Source: a virus. From it: a stretch of DNA of 18,715 nt. The notes beneath the pieces are model-generated. The model did not search any database. It was not told the origin of the DNA and worked only from the letters and a program-made list of their open reading frames with translations. This document shows, piece after piece, positions 1 to 6,860 of this stretch (position 1 is the stretch's first letter; every line of letters begins with the position of its first letter). Location: positions 1-18,715 of the IMG/VR virus record IMGVR_UViG_3300012117_000003. The stretch is one strand, 5' to 3'. The position numbers and the translations under genes are program-made.

Positions 1-123
1 CAATAGCCGCCTTTGTGTTTAATCAAATCCGCAAGGCGTTGCGGCAATTAGTGGATTATTTAGGTAGCGCCATGAGAACTAACGAGCAATATGTGGCCTC
101 CCTAGCGGCTATCAAGGGCAACC
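1..123. repeat. Left copy of exact 123-bp terminal direct repeat (circular-closure overlap)
   Basis: Read base by base: caatagccgcctttgtgtttaatc...atcaagggcaacc is identical to 18593-18715. Confidence 0.95.
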
Positions 124-2657
124 TTTTAACTGCATTTCAACCAATCTACGAAATAGTCATGCCCGCCCTTAATACTTTTATGGCAGGGCTGGCGCGGGTT
201 ACGGGGTATCTTGCGGCATTCATTAGCTTTATAACCGGCAAATCGCTAAAGGCAAGTCAGGACGCAGCAGAAAGCCTATACGATCAAGTTGACGCAATGG
301 ACGCGCTCGGAAATTCCGCGAAGAAAGCGGCTGGACGGTTGGCCTCGTTCGACACGATCAATCAACTTGCGGCGCAGACTTCCGAGGATAGCAAGATCGC
401 TCCTGATTTTGATTATGACCTATCAGAAATGGAGGATTTTTTTAGCCGGTTCGATAAGATTGCAGATGCTTTTTACGGTATGGGCGAAAAGCTTTCAGAC
501 ACAATAACCAATTTCCTCAATAATATTAATTGGGATAAAATCCAAAGCAATGCCCGCAATATCGCACAAAACATTGTTGATTTTATCAACGGATTCCTTG
601 ACGATCCCGCCCTATGGATAGCAGCCGGACATACGATTGCGCAGGGATTAAATACAGCACTTATATTCCTTGATACGCTACTTGCGGGATTGCATTGGGA
701 AACCTTTGGGCGCAATTTCGGCATGATGCTAAATACCATTGTAAGTGAATTTGATTGGCGGCTTTTAGGAAAAACGATGGCCGATGGCATTAATGCTATA
801 TTTGGCTTTTTGCTTAGAGCCATTGAAACATTTAATTGGGCGAACCTGGGAAACAAGCTTGCTGATGCGCTACTTTCTTTAACCAATACCGTGAAATGGG
901 ATCACATAGCCCTCACGCTTTCAAAAGGCTTGAATGGCGTATTGCTGACACTCTATACATTCCTAACATCATATCCGTGGGGTAATCTAGGCTCTACATT
1001 GGCAAACTCTCTGAATCTAATGGTATCAACCATTAGGTGGGCCGATATAGGCGCGACAATCGCAGCGTTTTTCAATTCCGCGATTAGTTTTCTGCTTAAC
1101 GCTGTAACTGATTTTAGATGGGGTGATTTGGGCGCTGGTTTGGCCGGAGCAATAAATAAATTATTCCATGATATCAAATGGGCCGACTTGGGTAAACTGG
1201 TTTCAAATTTCTTTAAGGGCGTTCTTGATTTTCTTAGTAAAGCAGTACAAGAAACGGATTGGCGAGGAATCGGAAAAAGCATAGGTGAATTTTTAGCAAA
1301 TATTGATTGGGTTGAGATTCTAAGCAAGGCAGGAAGATTTATTGGTAATGCCTTAATCGGAATCTTGAATGGTCTATCACAAGTCATACAAACGGTTGAT
1401 TGGCAAGCTATAGGAAATGCCGCCGCCGCGTTCATAGCAAGTATTGATTGGTCTGGCCTCACTTCTGCATTGTTTGAGGGCATAGGAAGCGCTGTCGGCG
1501 CGGTTGTTCAATTATTATACGGTTTCATTGAAGATATCTGGAATAATCTAATTGATTGGTGGCATGACGTAGCCTTTGAAGATGGGAAATTTACAATTCA
1601 AGGCTTGCTTGATGGTATTTGGGAGGCAATTAAAAATATAGGCCAGTGGATTAAAGATAATATTTTTGATCCATTTATTAAAGGGTTCAAGTCTGTGTTT
1701 GGGATCGCTTCTCCGTCAACCGTCATGATGGAATTAGGCGGCTATATCATAGAGGGATTAAAGCAGGGATTGGTGGGATTGTGGGATAAGGTAAAGGACA
1801 TATTCACCAACACTATTGATAATATCAAGAAAACCTTTTCCCTTGATAACCTAAAGTCCATTGGTTCAAACGCCGTAACCGGATTAATGAATGGCCTTGA
1901 ATCTATCGGCTCCAAAGCGTCGAAATGGGGTTCCGGTATTCTTGATGATGTTAAAAATACATTGGGGATTCATTCTCCATCAACCGCTATGTTAGAGATA
2001 GGCAAGTATCTTGTACAGGGTTTGGATAACGGAATATCTAAGTCTATGGGTTCCGTAACAACGGCGTTTCAAAATTTGTGGGATGGCATTAAATCAGGAT
2101 CGAAAGTTGCGGCAGAATCAATCAATAGTGTGTGGAAGTTTTCGGGCGAACAAATTGCCAACAGTTTTCGCGCAGCAGGAAACACGATATTGGGAACCAT
2201 GACGAACATTGCAAACGGAATAATTACCGTGTTTGAAAGCGCGATAAACCGCATTATCAAAGAGGTTAATAGATTAGTTGACAATGTAAACAAGATTAAT
2301 ATTGATGGTGCCAAGCTGTCAATTCCAAAATTATCAAGTACATCTATTCCGCGCATGACAATCCCCAAGCTTGCTACCGGCGCGGTTATCCCTCCACGAC
2401 AAGAGTTTATGGCTATACTTGGAGATCAGCGCAATGGGCGCAACCTTGAGGCCCCGGAAGGGCTGATACGGCAGCTTTTACAGGAGGAAATGCGCGATAT
2501 TATGGCTGACCTTACACGTTTACTAGAACGAAACAACCAACAGATTACTATAAAATTTGAGGGTGAACTAGCACAACTGGCCCGTTTGCTACATCCCGCC
2601 ATTGAGCAGGAGCGGGGCCGGATCGGCGGCGGGATGTCCTCACGTCCGGCATATTAA
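1..2657 (+). CDS. Tail tape measure protein, remainder (the same ORF as 17635-18592)
   Basis: 880-aa track ORF; the GVG start at 15 is an artefact of the window edge. It has hydrophobic helices, a regularly spaced Trp repeat block, and two copies of the G-I-x-SPST-x-M-x-E-x-G-x-Y-hh-x-GL motif common in Firmicutes phage TMPs. TAA stop at 2655-2657. Confidence 0.85.
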   Translation, partial: IAAFVFNQIRKALRQLVDYLGSAMRTNEQYVASLAAIKGNLLTAFQPIYEIVMPALNTFMAGLARVTGYLAAFISFITGKSLKASQDAAESLYDQVDAMDALGNSAKKAAGRLASFDTINQLAAQTSEDSKIAPDFDYDLSEMEDFFSRFDKIADAFYGMGEKLSDTITNFLNNINWDKIQSNARNIAQNIVDFINGFLDDPALWIAAGHTIAQGLNTALIFLDTLLAGLHWETFGRNFGMMLNTIVSEFDWRLLGKTMADGINAIFGFLLRAIETFNWANLGNKLADALLSLTNTVKWDHIALTLSKGLNGVLLTLYTFLTSYPWGNLGSTLANSLNLMVSTIRWADIGATIAAFFNSAISFLLNAVTDFRWGDLGAGLAGAINKLFHDIKWADLGKLVSNFFKGVLDFLSKAVQETDWRGIGKSIGEFLANIDWVEILSKAGRFIGNALIGILNGLSQVIQTVDWQAIGNAAAAFIASIDWSGLTSALFEGIGSAVGAVVQLLYGFIEDIWNNLIDWWHDVAFEDGKFTIQGLLDGIWEAIKNIGQWIKDNIFDPFIKGFKSVFGIASPSTVMMELGGYIIEGLKQGLVGLWDKVKDIFTNTIDNIKKTFSLDNLKSIGSNAVTGLMNGLESIGSKASKWGSGILDDVKNTLGIHSPSTAMLEIGKYLVQGLDNGISKSMGSVTTAFQNLWDGIKSGSKVAAESINSVWKFSGEQIANSFRAAGNTILGTMTNIANGIITVFESAINRIIKEVNRLVDNVNKINIDGAKLSIPKLSSTSIPRMTIPKLATGAVIPPRQEFMAILGDQRNGRNLEAPEGLIRQLLQEEMRDIMADLTRLLERNNQQITIKFEGELAQLARLLHPAIEQERGRIGGGMSSRPAY

Positions 2658-2674
2658 GAGAAAGGATAATTTTA

Positions 2675-2887
2675 ATGATTCCTGATTTTTATGAGTATTT
2701 AGTGACCTTAGATAAGGATAGGATTTTAAGTGATTCTGTAGCAGGGGCTAGTAAATTTGTTGATATGAAAACATCACGACAAGTAGATCATAACGAATTA
2801 TTAAAAATTGCTATGTCGTCGGCGTTTGGTATGTCTATTGCACTATTACAGGCATATCATGAGTGGTTACAAGATCAGATGATATAA
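2675..2887 (+). CDS. Hypothetical 70-aa protein, low-GC insert (moron-like)
   Basis: ATG with an upstream AAAGGA. By my count about 71 of 213 bases are G+C (~33%), against ~50% in the flanking genes. A GC hairpin follows. Confidence 0.55.
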   Translation: MIPDFYEYLVTLDKDRILSDSVAGASKFVDMKTSRQVDHNELLKIAMSSAFGMSIALLQAYHEWLQDQMI

Positions 2888-2893
2888 GAAAAA

Positions 2894-2916
2894 GGCGCGG
2901 TTCCCCACGCCGCGCC
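2894..2916 (+). terminator. GC-rich hairpin GGCGCGG-N9-CCGCGCC after the low-GC gene
   Basis: Perfect 7-bp stem. The A-run is upstream and no T-run follows on the + strand, so a terminator function on + is uncertain. Confidence 0.35.
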
Positions 2917-2924
2917 CCTGCCTC

Positions 2925-2953
2925 TTGACAGGCCCTATTTATTAGAGTTTAAA
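2925..2953 (+). promoter_or_regulatory. Candidate promoter for the sigma factor gene (TTGACA-17-TTTAAA)
   Basis: Perfect -35 at 2925-2930. The best -10 at 17-bp spacing is the weak TTTAAA. Confidence 0.3.
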
Positions 2954-2987
2954 CCGTAAAACCTTATCTGTCAAGGGAGGCGCAATC

Positions 2988-3770
2988 ATGAGAAATGAAG
3001 AACTGGCGATATTGGCGCAACAGGGCGATAAAAATGCAATGTTCGACCTATGGGAGGCGACCCGGCGTCTGATCTACAAGTTGCTGCAACCCTACCATAC
3101 AGTATGCCCCCGGTATGGCATGGTAATTGAGGATTTGCAACAGGAGGGATATTTCGCATTTGTCCGAGCGGTAAAGGCATACAAGCCGGAGAAAGGCATC
3201 CTATTCACTTCCTACCTTAATTACAGCGTCCAGAACGTCGCACATGAGGCTTTAGGCGGCAGAGGCAAGAAAACGCCTGACCCATTCCCGGCATCCCTTG
3301 ACGAGCCTATAAAGGGCATTGAGGATGAAAGCATATCCCTGGGCGATACCATACCGGACGAGAGCGCGGCGGCAGAATTTGAACAAGTGCAAGACGATTG
3401 GCAGCGGGAACAATTAGCCGCGACCATGCGGGAATGCCTGGGCGAATTGCCGGAGAATCGCAGGAATATCCTATATGCCCGCTATTATGAGCAGAAATCA
3501 TTAAGGGAAACAGGACAGGCGCAGGGATGCACCCCGGAGGCCGTAAGGCAGCAGGAGTACCACGCATTAAGGGCTTTACGCCACCCGCGCCATGCTGGGC
3601 GGCTGAAACCGTATTATGACGCTATGGACTTCATAAGCACAAAAGCATATAGCGGGAATAGCTTCTCAGCATTTAAGCGGCGTACATGTTCGCAACCCGA
3701 ATGGATGGTTGAAATTTTAGAGCGGATTCAGGCAAGAGAGGCTAACACAATAAACCAAATGGAGGCATGA
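2988..3770 (+). CDS. Sigma-70 family RNA polymerase sigma factor (regions 2 and 4) with C-terminal extension
   Basis: GGGAGG RBS 7 nt upstream. Region 2-like: DLQQEGYFAFVRAVKAYKPEKGILFTSYLNYSVQNV. An acidic linker follows. Region 4-like HTH: LPENRRNILYARYYEQKSLRETGQAQGCTPEAVRQQEYHALRALR. About 60 extra C-terminal residues. Confidence 0.85.
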   Translation: MRNEELAILAQQGDKNAMFDLWEATRRLIYKLLQPYHTVCPRYGMVIEDLQQEGYFAFVRAVKAYKPEKGILFTSYLNYSVQNVAHEALGGRGKKTPDPFPASLDEPIKGIEDESISLGDTIPDESAAAEFEQVQDDWQREQLAATMRECLGELPENRRNILYARYYEQKSLRETGQAQGCTPEAVRQQEYHALRALRHPRHAGRLKPYYDAMDFISTKAYSGNSFSAFKRRTCSQPEWMVEILERIQAREANTINQMEA

Positions 3771-3784
3771 ATTTACAGTGCTTG

Positions 3785-4100
3785 AAACCGAACAAAAACT
3801 GACATAAAAAAAGACAAAGTTAGGACAAAGTTAGGACGGATTATAACAAGGTTTTGATAAGGTATTCAAACATTCCTAGCACCCTACCAACGGCAGCAAT
3901 ATGGGATATGCTTCATGTTGCAGTCTCTTTATGGGCCGCGCAAAACTAGCGCAAAACTAGCGCAGAAAATCCAAGTTTTCATTTAGCACAAAGTTGGCAT
4001 AAAACTAGCACAAAAAAGCCCACCACAAAATCACCACAAATACACAACAAATCGGAGATACCAGGGGCCATAAAAGTGTGAAAAAGTGTGAGTAAAAAAA
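3785..4100. repeat. Array A of ~11-bp-phased A-tract degenerate repeats, including exact tandem 11-mers
   Basis: gacaaagttag x2 (3813-3834). gcgcaaaacta x2 plus degenerate gcgcagaaaat (3938-3970). aaaagtgtg/aaaaagtgtg (4072-4090). A-tracts at 3942, 3953, 3966, 3990, 4001, 4012, 4027, 4038, 4048. The + strand is A/C-rich and G/T-poor. No ORF. Confidence 0.7.
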
Positions 4101-4114
4101 GAGGGGGATTGTTC

Positions 4115-4372
4115 ATGAATAAGAACTTGATACCCTTTGATGCTATGTCCTCAGAGCGACACCGGGAATTGTCTGCCAGAGGCGGCAGGGCCAGCGGTGA
4201 GGCCCGCAGGAATAAAAAGGCACTCAGGGAGCAGCTACAGGCGAAAATGGAGCAGTACGCGCAGGCCGAGGGCTTTATAGACGATATAGGCGAGTTTAAT
4301 AGATGGAAAAAGCGCAGGGCTAAAGCGAGAGCCAAGAGAGAGCGAACCACGGGGGGAATCATAAAAAAGTAA
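4115..4372 (+). CDS. Small highly basic hypothetical protein (85 aa)
   Basis: ATG at 4115 with a GAGGGGG RBS 7 nt upstream, preferred over the GTG at 4088. Contains RELSARGGRASGEARRNKK and a C-terminal KKRRAKARAKRER tail, which suggests nucleic-acid binding. Confidence 0.6.
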   Translation: MNKNLIPFDAMSSERHRELSARGGRASGEARRNKKALREQLQAKMEQYAQAEGFIDDIGEFNRWKKRRAKARAKRERTTGGIIKK

Positions 4373-4520
4373 CCTTACATCATGCGGCTTTTATCCGGCA
4401 GTTTTATTACATACTGAAATACACCGCAAACCCGCATAACAAAAGTATTTGTAGCGGGCGAATGTTGCAGGGTATTGATATTTTTACCTATTGATTTAGG
4501 CAAACGGGAGGCGGGGCTAT

Positions 4521-5144
4521 ATGGGCGGCTATAATAGTGGAGGCCGGAACCGGACGCACAGCTACACGAACCAATGCAAGCAGCTTGACAGCTTCTATTT
4601 TGGCAAGGGTATTCCGCTCATGGAGGAAAAGGAGATAAAAAGCCTAGATCATACCATAAGCTGGAAAGATGGCGGCTCTATTGCGGTTGTCCTGCATCCC
4701 GGCAAGCTGGATGTGGGTTATGCCGCAGGAGCCGAACGAAAGGAAATCCACGATACTTTTTATTTTGATTCCGTCCCGAACAATTACGGCGGCGCGGATC
4801 GCTATTACTTTGAGTGTCCCGAATGTGGGCGGCGTTGCCGGTTCCTGTATCTGCACAAGCAGCATTTTAAATGTCGGAAGTGCGCCGACCTAAACTATTC
4901 CAGGCAGCGTTTGAACAACACAAATGAGGATATAGCAACCTACAAAATGCGGAAACTTCTGCATGATGGCTTTAAGGTAAAGGGGGCCTTGTCACCAATG
5001 GACGCCAGTACATACAGGCCGGATCGCCCAAAGGGTATGCACCAAAAAACATACATGCGGTTACGGATGCAGCTATTACGGGCGCAGCAGGATTATATCA
5101 GTTACTTGTGGGCGTTCGTGGGGAGATTATACGCAAGACAATAG
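4521..5144 (+). CDS. Zinc-ribbon hypothetical protein (207 aa)
   Basis: GGGAGG RBS 9 nt upstream. N-terminal GGYNSGGRNR. CPEC-x14-CRKC four-cysteine ribbon (YYFECPECGRRCRFLYLHKQHFKCRKCADLNYSRQ). Confidence 0.75.
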   Translation: MGGYNSGGRNRTHSYTNQCKQLDSFYFGKGIPLMEEKEIKSLDHTISWKDGGSIAVVLHPGKLDVGYAAGAERKEIHDTFYFDSVPNNYGGADRYYFECPECGRRCRFLYLHKQHFKCRKCADLNYSRQRLNNTNEDIATYKMRKLLHDGFKVKGALSPMDASTYRPDRPKGMHQKTYMRLRMQLLRAQQDYISYLWAFVGRLYARQ

Positions 5145-5149
5145 AGCGG

Positions 5150-5352
5150 CTAAAAGTTGCGGAAAGTTGCACATAAAAAAGGGATAAAACTGCCGGAAAA
5201 TGCCACCAAAAAAAAGATGAAAGCGCCACAACGCACCACAAAAAAAGAACGAGTAGTTTATTTTAGTTGACCCAAAAAAAGATCGGCAGAAATCGCCACC
5301 AAAAAAAGGCGTTGCCGCTCTGAAACGAAACAAAAAGCTACACAAAAAAACT
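5150..5352. repeat. Array B of ~11-bp-phased A-tract degenerate repeats
   Basis: A-tracts start at 5152, 5163, 5175, 5186, 5197, 5208, 5220, 5240, 5274, 5290, 5301, 5323, 5332 and 5344, at spacings of mostly 11-12 bp or multiples. Shares the AAAGTTG word with array A. No ORF. Confidence 0.7.
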
Positions 5353-5399
5353 ATGAGCATTAAATAAGGGCCAATGCGCATACAAGCCCCTAGCAAGCC

Positions 5400-5950
5400 C
5401 TACAAGGCGATTACCCGCTAAACGTGAAATGTCACGACAAAACCAACAGAACGCCGTGCAGGGCAATTCTAGCGGGCAGACAGGCATATAAAGCGGTGCC
5501 GTTTAAACCGGCAGCGGCTTTTGCTTTTGGTTGCACATGCGACAGAAAGAGGGCGCTCAAAAAAGTGCGGAGCGGGCCACGCCCGCTGCGGGCAGAAGTG
5601 TCCAGGGTGTACCATTTGGTACGGAGTGCGCGAGACGCACAGCGGGGATACCCCGTTTCAGGGTACCCTTGCAATGCTGCGTAGGGTATGGCATTTACAT
5701 TTTGTTCATCAGGCGTTGTCGTGCCTCTTGGCTGCGCAATTTTGCGCAACGAGATAAACGGATTATCGCACTTATTCAACAGCGAATTTTCGCCGGTGAC
5801 TTTTGCTCCATATATTTATGGCGCAAATTCCGTGGCCGGATTTTCGACCGCGAGAAAACGAATTATCCGAGGACGGTTTAACCGTCAGCGGCAATCACCT
5901 AAAAAGTCAAACGGGCCGCTCGTAATGAGTAGCCCGCTATTTTTTATTTC
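5400..5950 (+). ncRNA. Candidate large structured noncoding RNA (strand and ends uncertain)
   Basis: No credible CDS: only short, mutually overlapping Arg/Cys/Ala-rich track ORFs in several frames on both strands, none with an RBS. At least 10 perfect 5-7-bp GC-rich hairpins with 3-7-nt loops. Ends at a hairpin plus T-run on the + strand. Confidence 0.35.
5912..5949. terminator. Probable bidirectional intrinsic terminator between the noncoding region (+) and the TM2 gene (-)
   Basis: CGGGC-cg-CTC gtaat GAG-ta-GCCCG stem, followed by ctATTTTTTATTT on + and by TTTGACTTTTT on -. Confidence 0.55.
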
Positions 5951-5978
5951 CTTTAGTCCGGCGTTGCCCTATGTTCAT

Positions 5979-6260
5979 TTACCATTCGCGCAAATGCGCA
6001 CCTACATTGTCCTTATATATGCCTAATAGAATCTTAACCAGATCAGGTATAGCAAACAAATACATTACAAGGAGAGACGGTAAAACAACGGGGTCTACGA
6101 ATGAACTGCCGACACACACAAGCCCGATAATTAAGAATATCAGGCCGGATTTGATTTTACCAACATAGAGCCGGTGCAATCCCAAGAAGCCACCAAGCAA
6201 GCAAAGAATCAATGCGGTCTTTCGCTTCTTATCACTGGTGATGGTTCCATAGTTTGCCAT
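5979..6260 (-). CDS. TM2 domain-containing small membrane protein (93 aa)
   Basis: GGGGGTG RBS. KKRKTALILCLLGGFLGLHRLYVGKIKSGLIFLI is the characteristic TM2-domain pattern. Two predicted TM helices. Confidence 0.8.
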   Translation of the reverse strand: MANYGTITSDKKRKTALILCLLGGFLGLHRLYVGKIKSGLIFLIIGLVCVGSSFVDPVVLPSLLVMYLFAIPDLVKILLGIYKDNVGAHLREW

Positions 6261-6321
6261 AGCTGCACCCCCGTTGTCATTTGAAAACAGTATAGCACGG
6301 CCCCGGCGGGAATGGCAAGGG

Positions 6322-6537
6322 TTATTTGTCGGTATCCTCCATCGGCTTGCCCGTGGCCTCCTGTACGGCCTTACTTACTGCCGAGCGTATAAAACCGTTG
6401 GTGCTTTGCCCGGTGGTTGTAGCAGCTTCTACAATGCGTTCCTTTGCGCCTTTACGGGCTTTGAATGTGATGTATTGGAAATTCTCTTTGTCGTGCTTGT
6501 CGCTGGCCTTGCGTTGAGCATCACTTACTGGTGACAT
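6322..6537 (-). CDS. Ribbon-helix-helix (Arc/CopG-like) DNA-binding protein (71 aa)
   Basis: AAGGAGG RBS 7 nt upstream. FQYITFKARKGAKERIVEAA...GQSTNGFIRSAVSKAV fits a beta-strand-helix-helix layout. Confidence 0.7.
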   Translation of the reverse strand: MSPVSDAQRKASDKHDKENFQYITFKARKGAKERIVEAATTTGQSTNGFIRSAVSKAVQEATGKPMEDTDK

Positions 6538-6599
6538 GGTTTGTCCTCCTTTCCATCGGCTGGGAGCCGGTTTATAAAGCTATGCCTTTCCACAATACC

Positions 6600-6628
6600 A
6601 TTATAGCATAACCCGCTATAAGTTACAA
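6600..6628 (-). promoter_or_regulatory. Candidate promoter of the RHH-TM2 operon (TTGTAA-17-TATAAT on the - strand)
   Basis: -35 at 6628-6623 and -10 at 6605-6600, read on the reverse complement. It abuts a CGTATA operator half-site. Confidence 0.45.
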
Positions 6629-6701
6629 CGTATAAATTGCACAAGATATACGTTACAACCTTGTGTGTTTTGTCAATAGACATTATACGTTATATCGTAT
6701 A
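6622..6701. promoter_or_regulatory. Operator-like repeats built on TATACG/CGTATA hexamers
   Basis: AACGTATA (6627-6634) and TATACGTT (6647-6654) form a perfect 8-bp inverted repeat. GTTACAAC is a direct repeat at 6622 and 6652. The TATACG-N6-CGTATA palindrome (6684-6701) overlaps the rightward -10. Confidence 0.5.
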
Positions 6702-6705
6702 TAAT
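6677..6705 (+). promoter_or_regulatory. Candidate promoter of the 6861-9676 operon (TAGACA-17-TATAAT)
   Basis: -35 at 6677-6682, a 17-bp spacer containing the palindromic operator, and a consensus -10 at 6700-6705. Confidence 0.5.
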
Positions 6706-6860
6706 ATAATCAAGAGGTAAGGGAAAGCGGACGGAGTAGGCAGGAGCCGAAACAAGAACGCAGCATAAGGGCCGGAACGGATAAGGGAGATTGAGATTGC
6801 CATAGGCATAGATGCTTAAAGCCCCCGGCCCCTTACCTAAAAACGAAAGGAGCAACCGCC

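Noticed and set aside
1-123. The 123-bp end repeat as a physical direct terminal repeat of a linear virion genome
   Set aside because: This cannot be distinguished from an assembly overlap of a circular or circularly permuted molecule using sequence alone. Only the closure itself is reported.
473-2368. Track ORFs on the - strand inside the tape measure gene (473-886, 953-1483, 2069-2368), and likewise 17721-18218 and 17726-17917
   Set aside because: They are antisense shadows of a long, clearly coding + strand ORF. They have no RBS and their composition is low-complexity Ser/Ala/Leu-rich.
3813-3970. Tandem 11-bp repeats as a CRISPR array
   Set aside because: The units are only 11 bp, directly abutting without spacers, and degenerate quickly. 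There are no cas genes.
4413-4422. ACTGAAATAC 10-mer shared with the operator region (12152-12161), as a fourth repressor site
   Set aside because: Many 10-mers are expected to recur by chance in 18.6 kb, and there is no supporting second half-site here. It is worth testing only if the repressor is shown to bind CTGAAAT.
4521-5144. Zinc-ribbon protein as an HNH endonuclease (a cos-packaging accessory)
   Set aside because: The two CxxC pairs are present, but I cannot place the His-Asn-His catalytic residues between them. The call is left as unknown.
5424-6026. Five track ORFs (5424-5684, 5432-5779, 5521-5757, 5531-5881, 5688-6026) as protein genes
   Set aside because: They overlap one another in several frames on both strands, are Arg/Cys/Ala/Gly-rich, lack RBSs and have no recognisable motifs. 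The region is better explained as structured noncoding sequence.
6274-6534. + strand ORFs 6274-6534 and 6326-6517
   Set aside because: They are antisense to the RHH gene, which has a strong RBS and a recognisable fold pattern.
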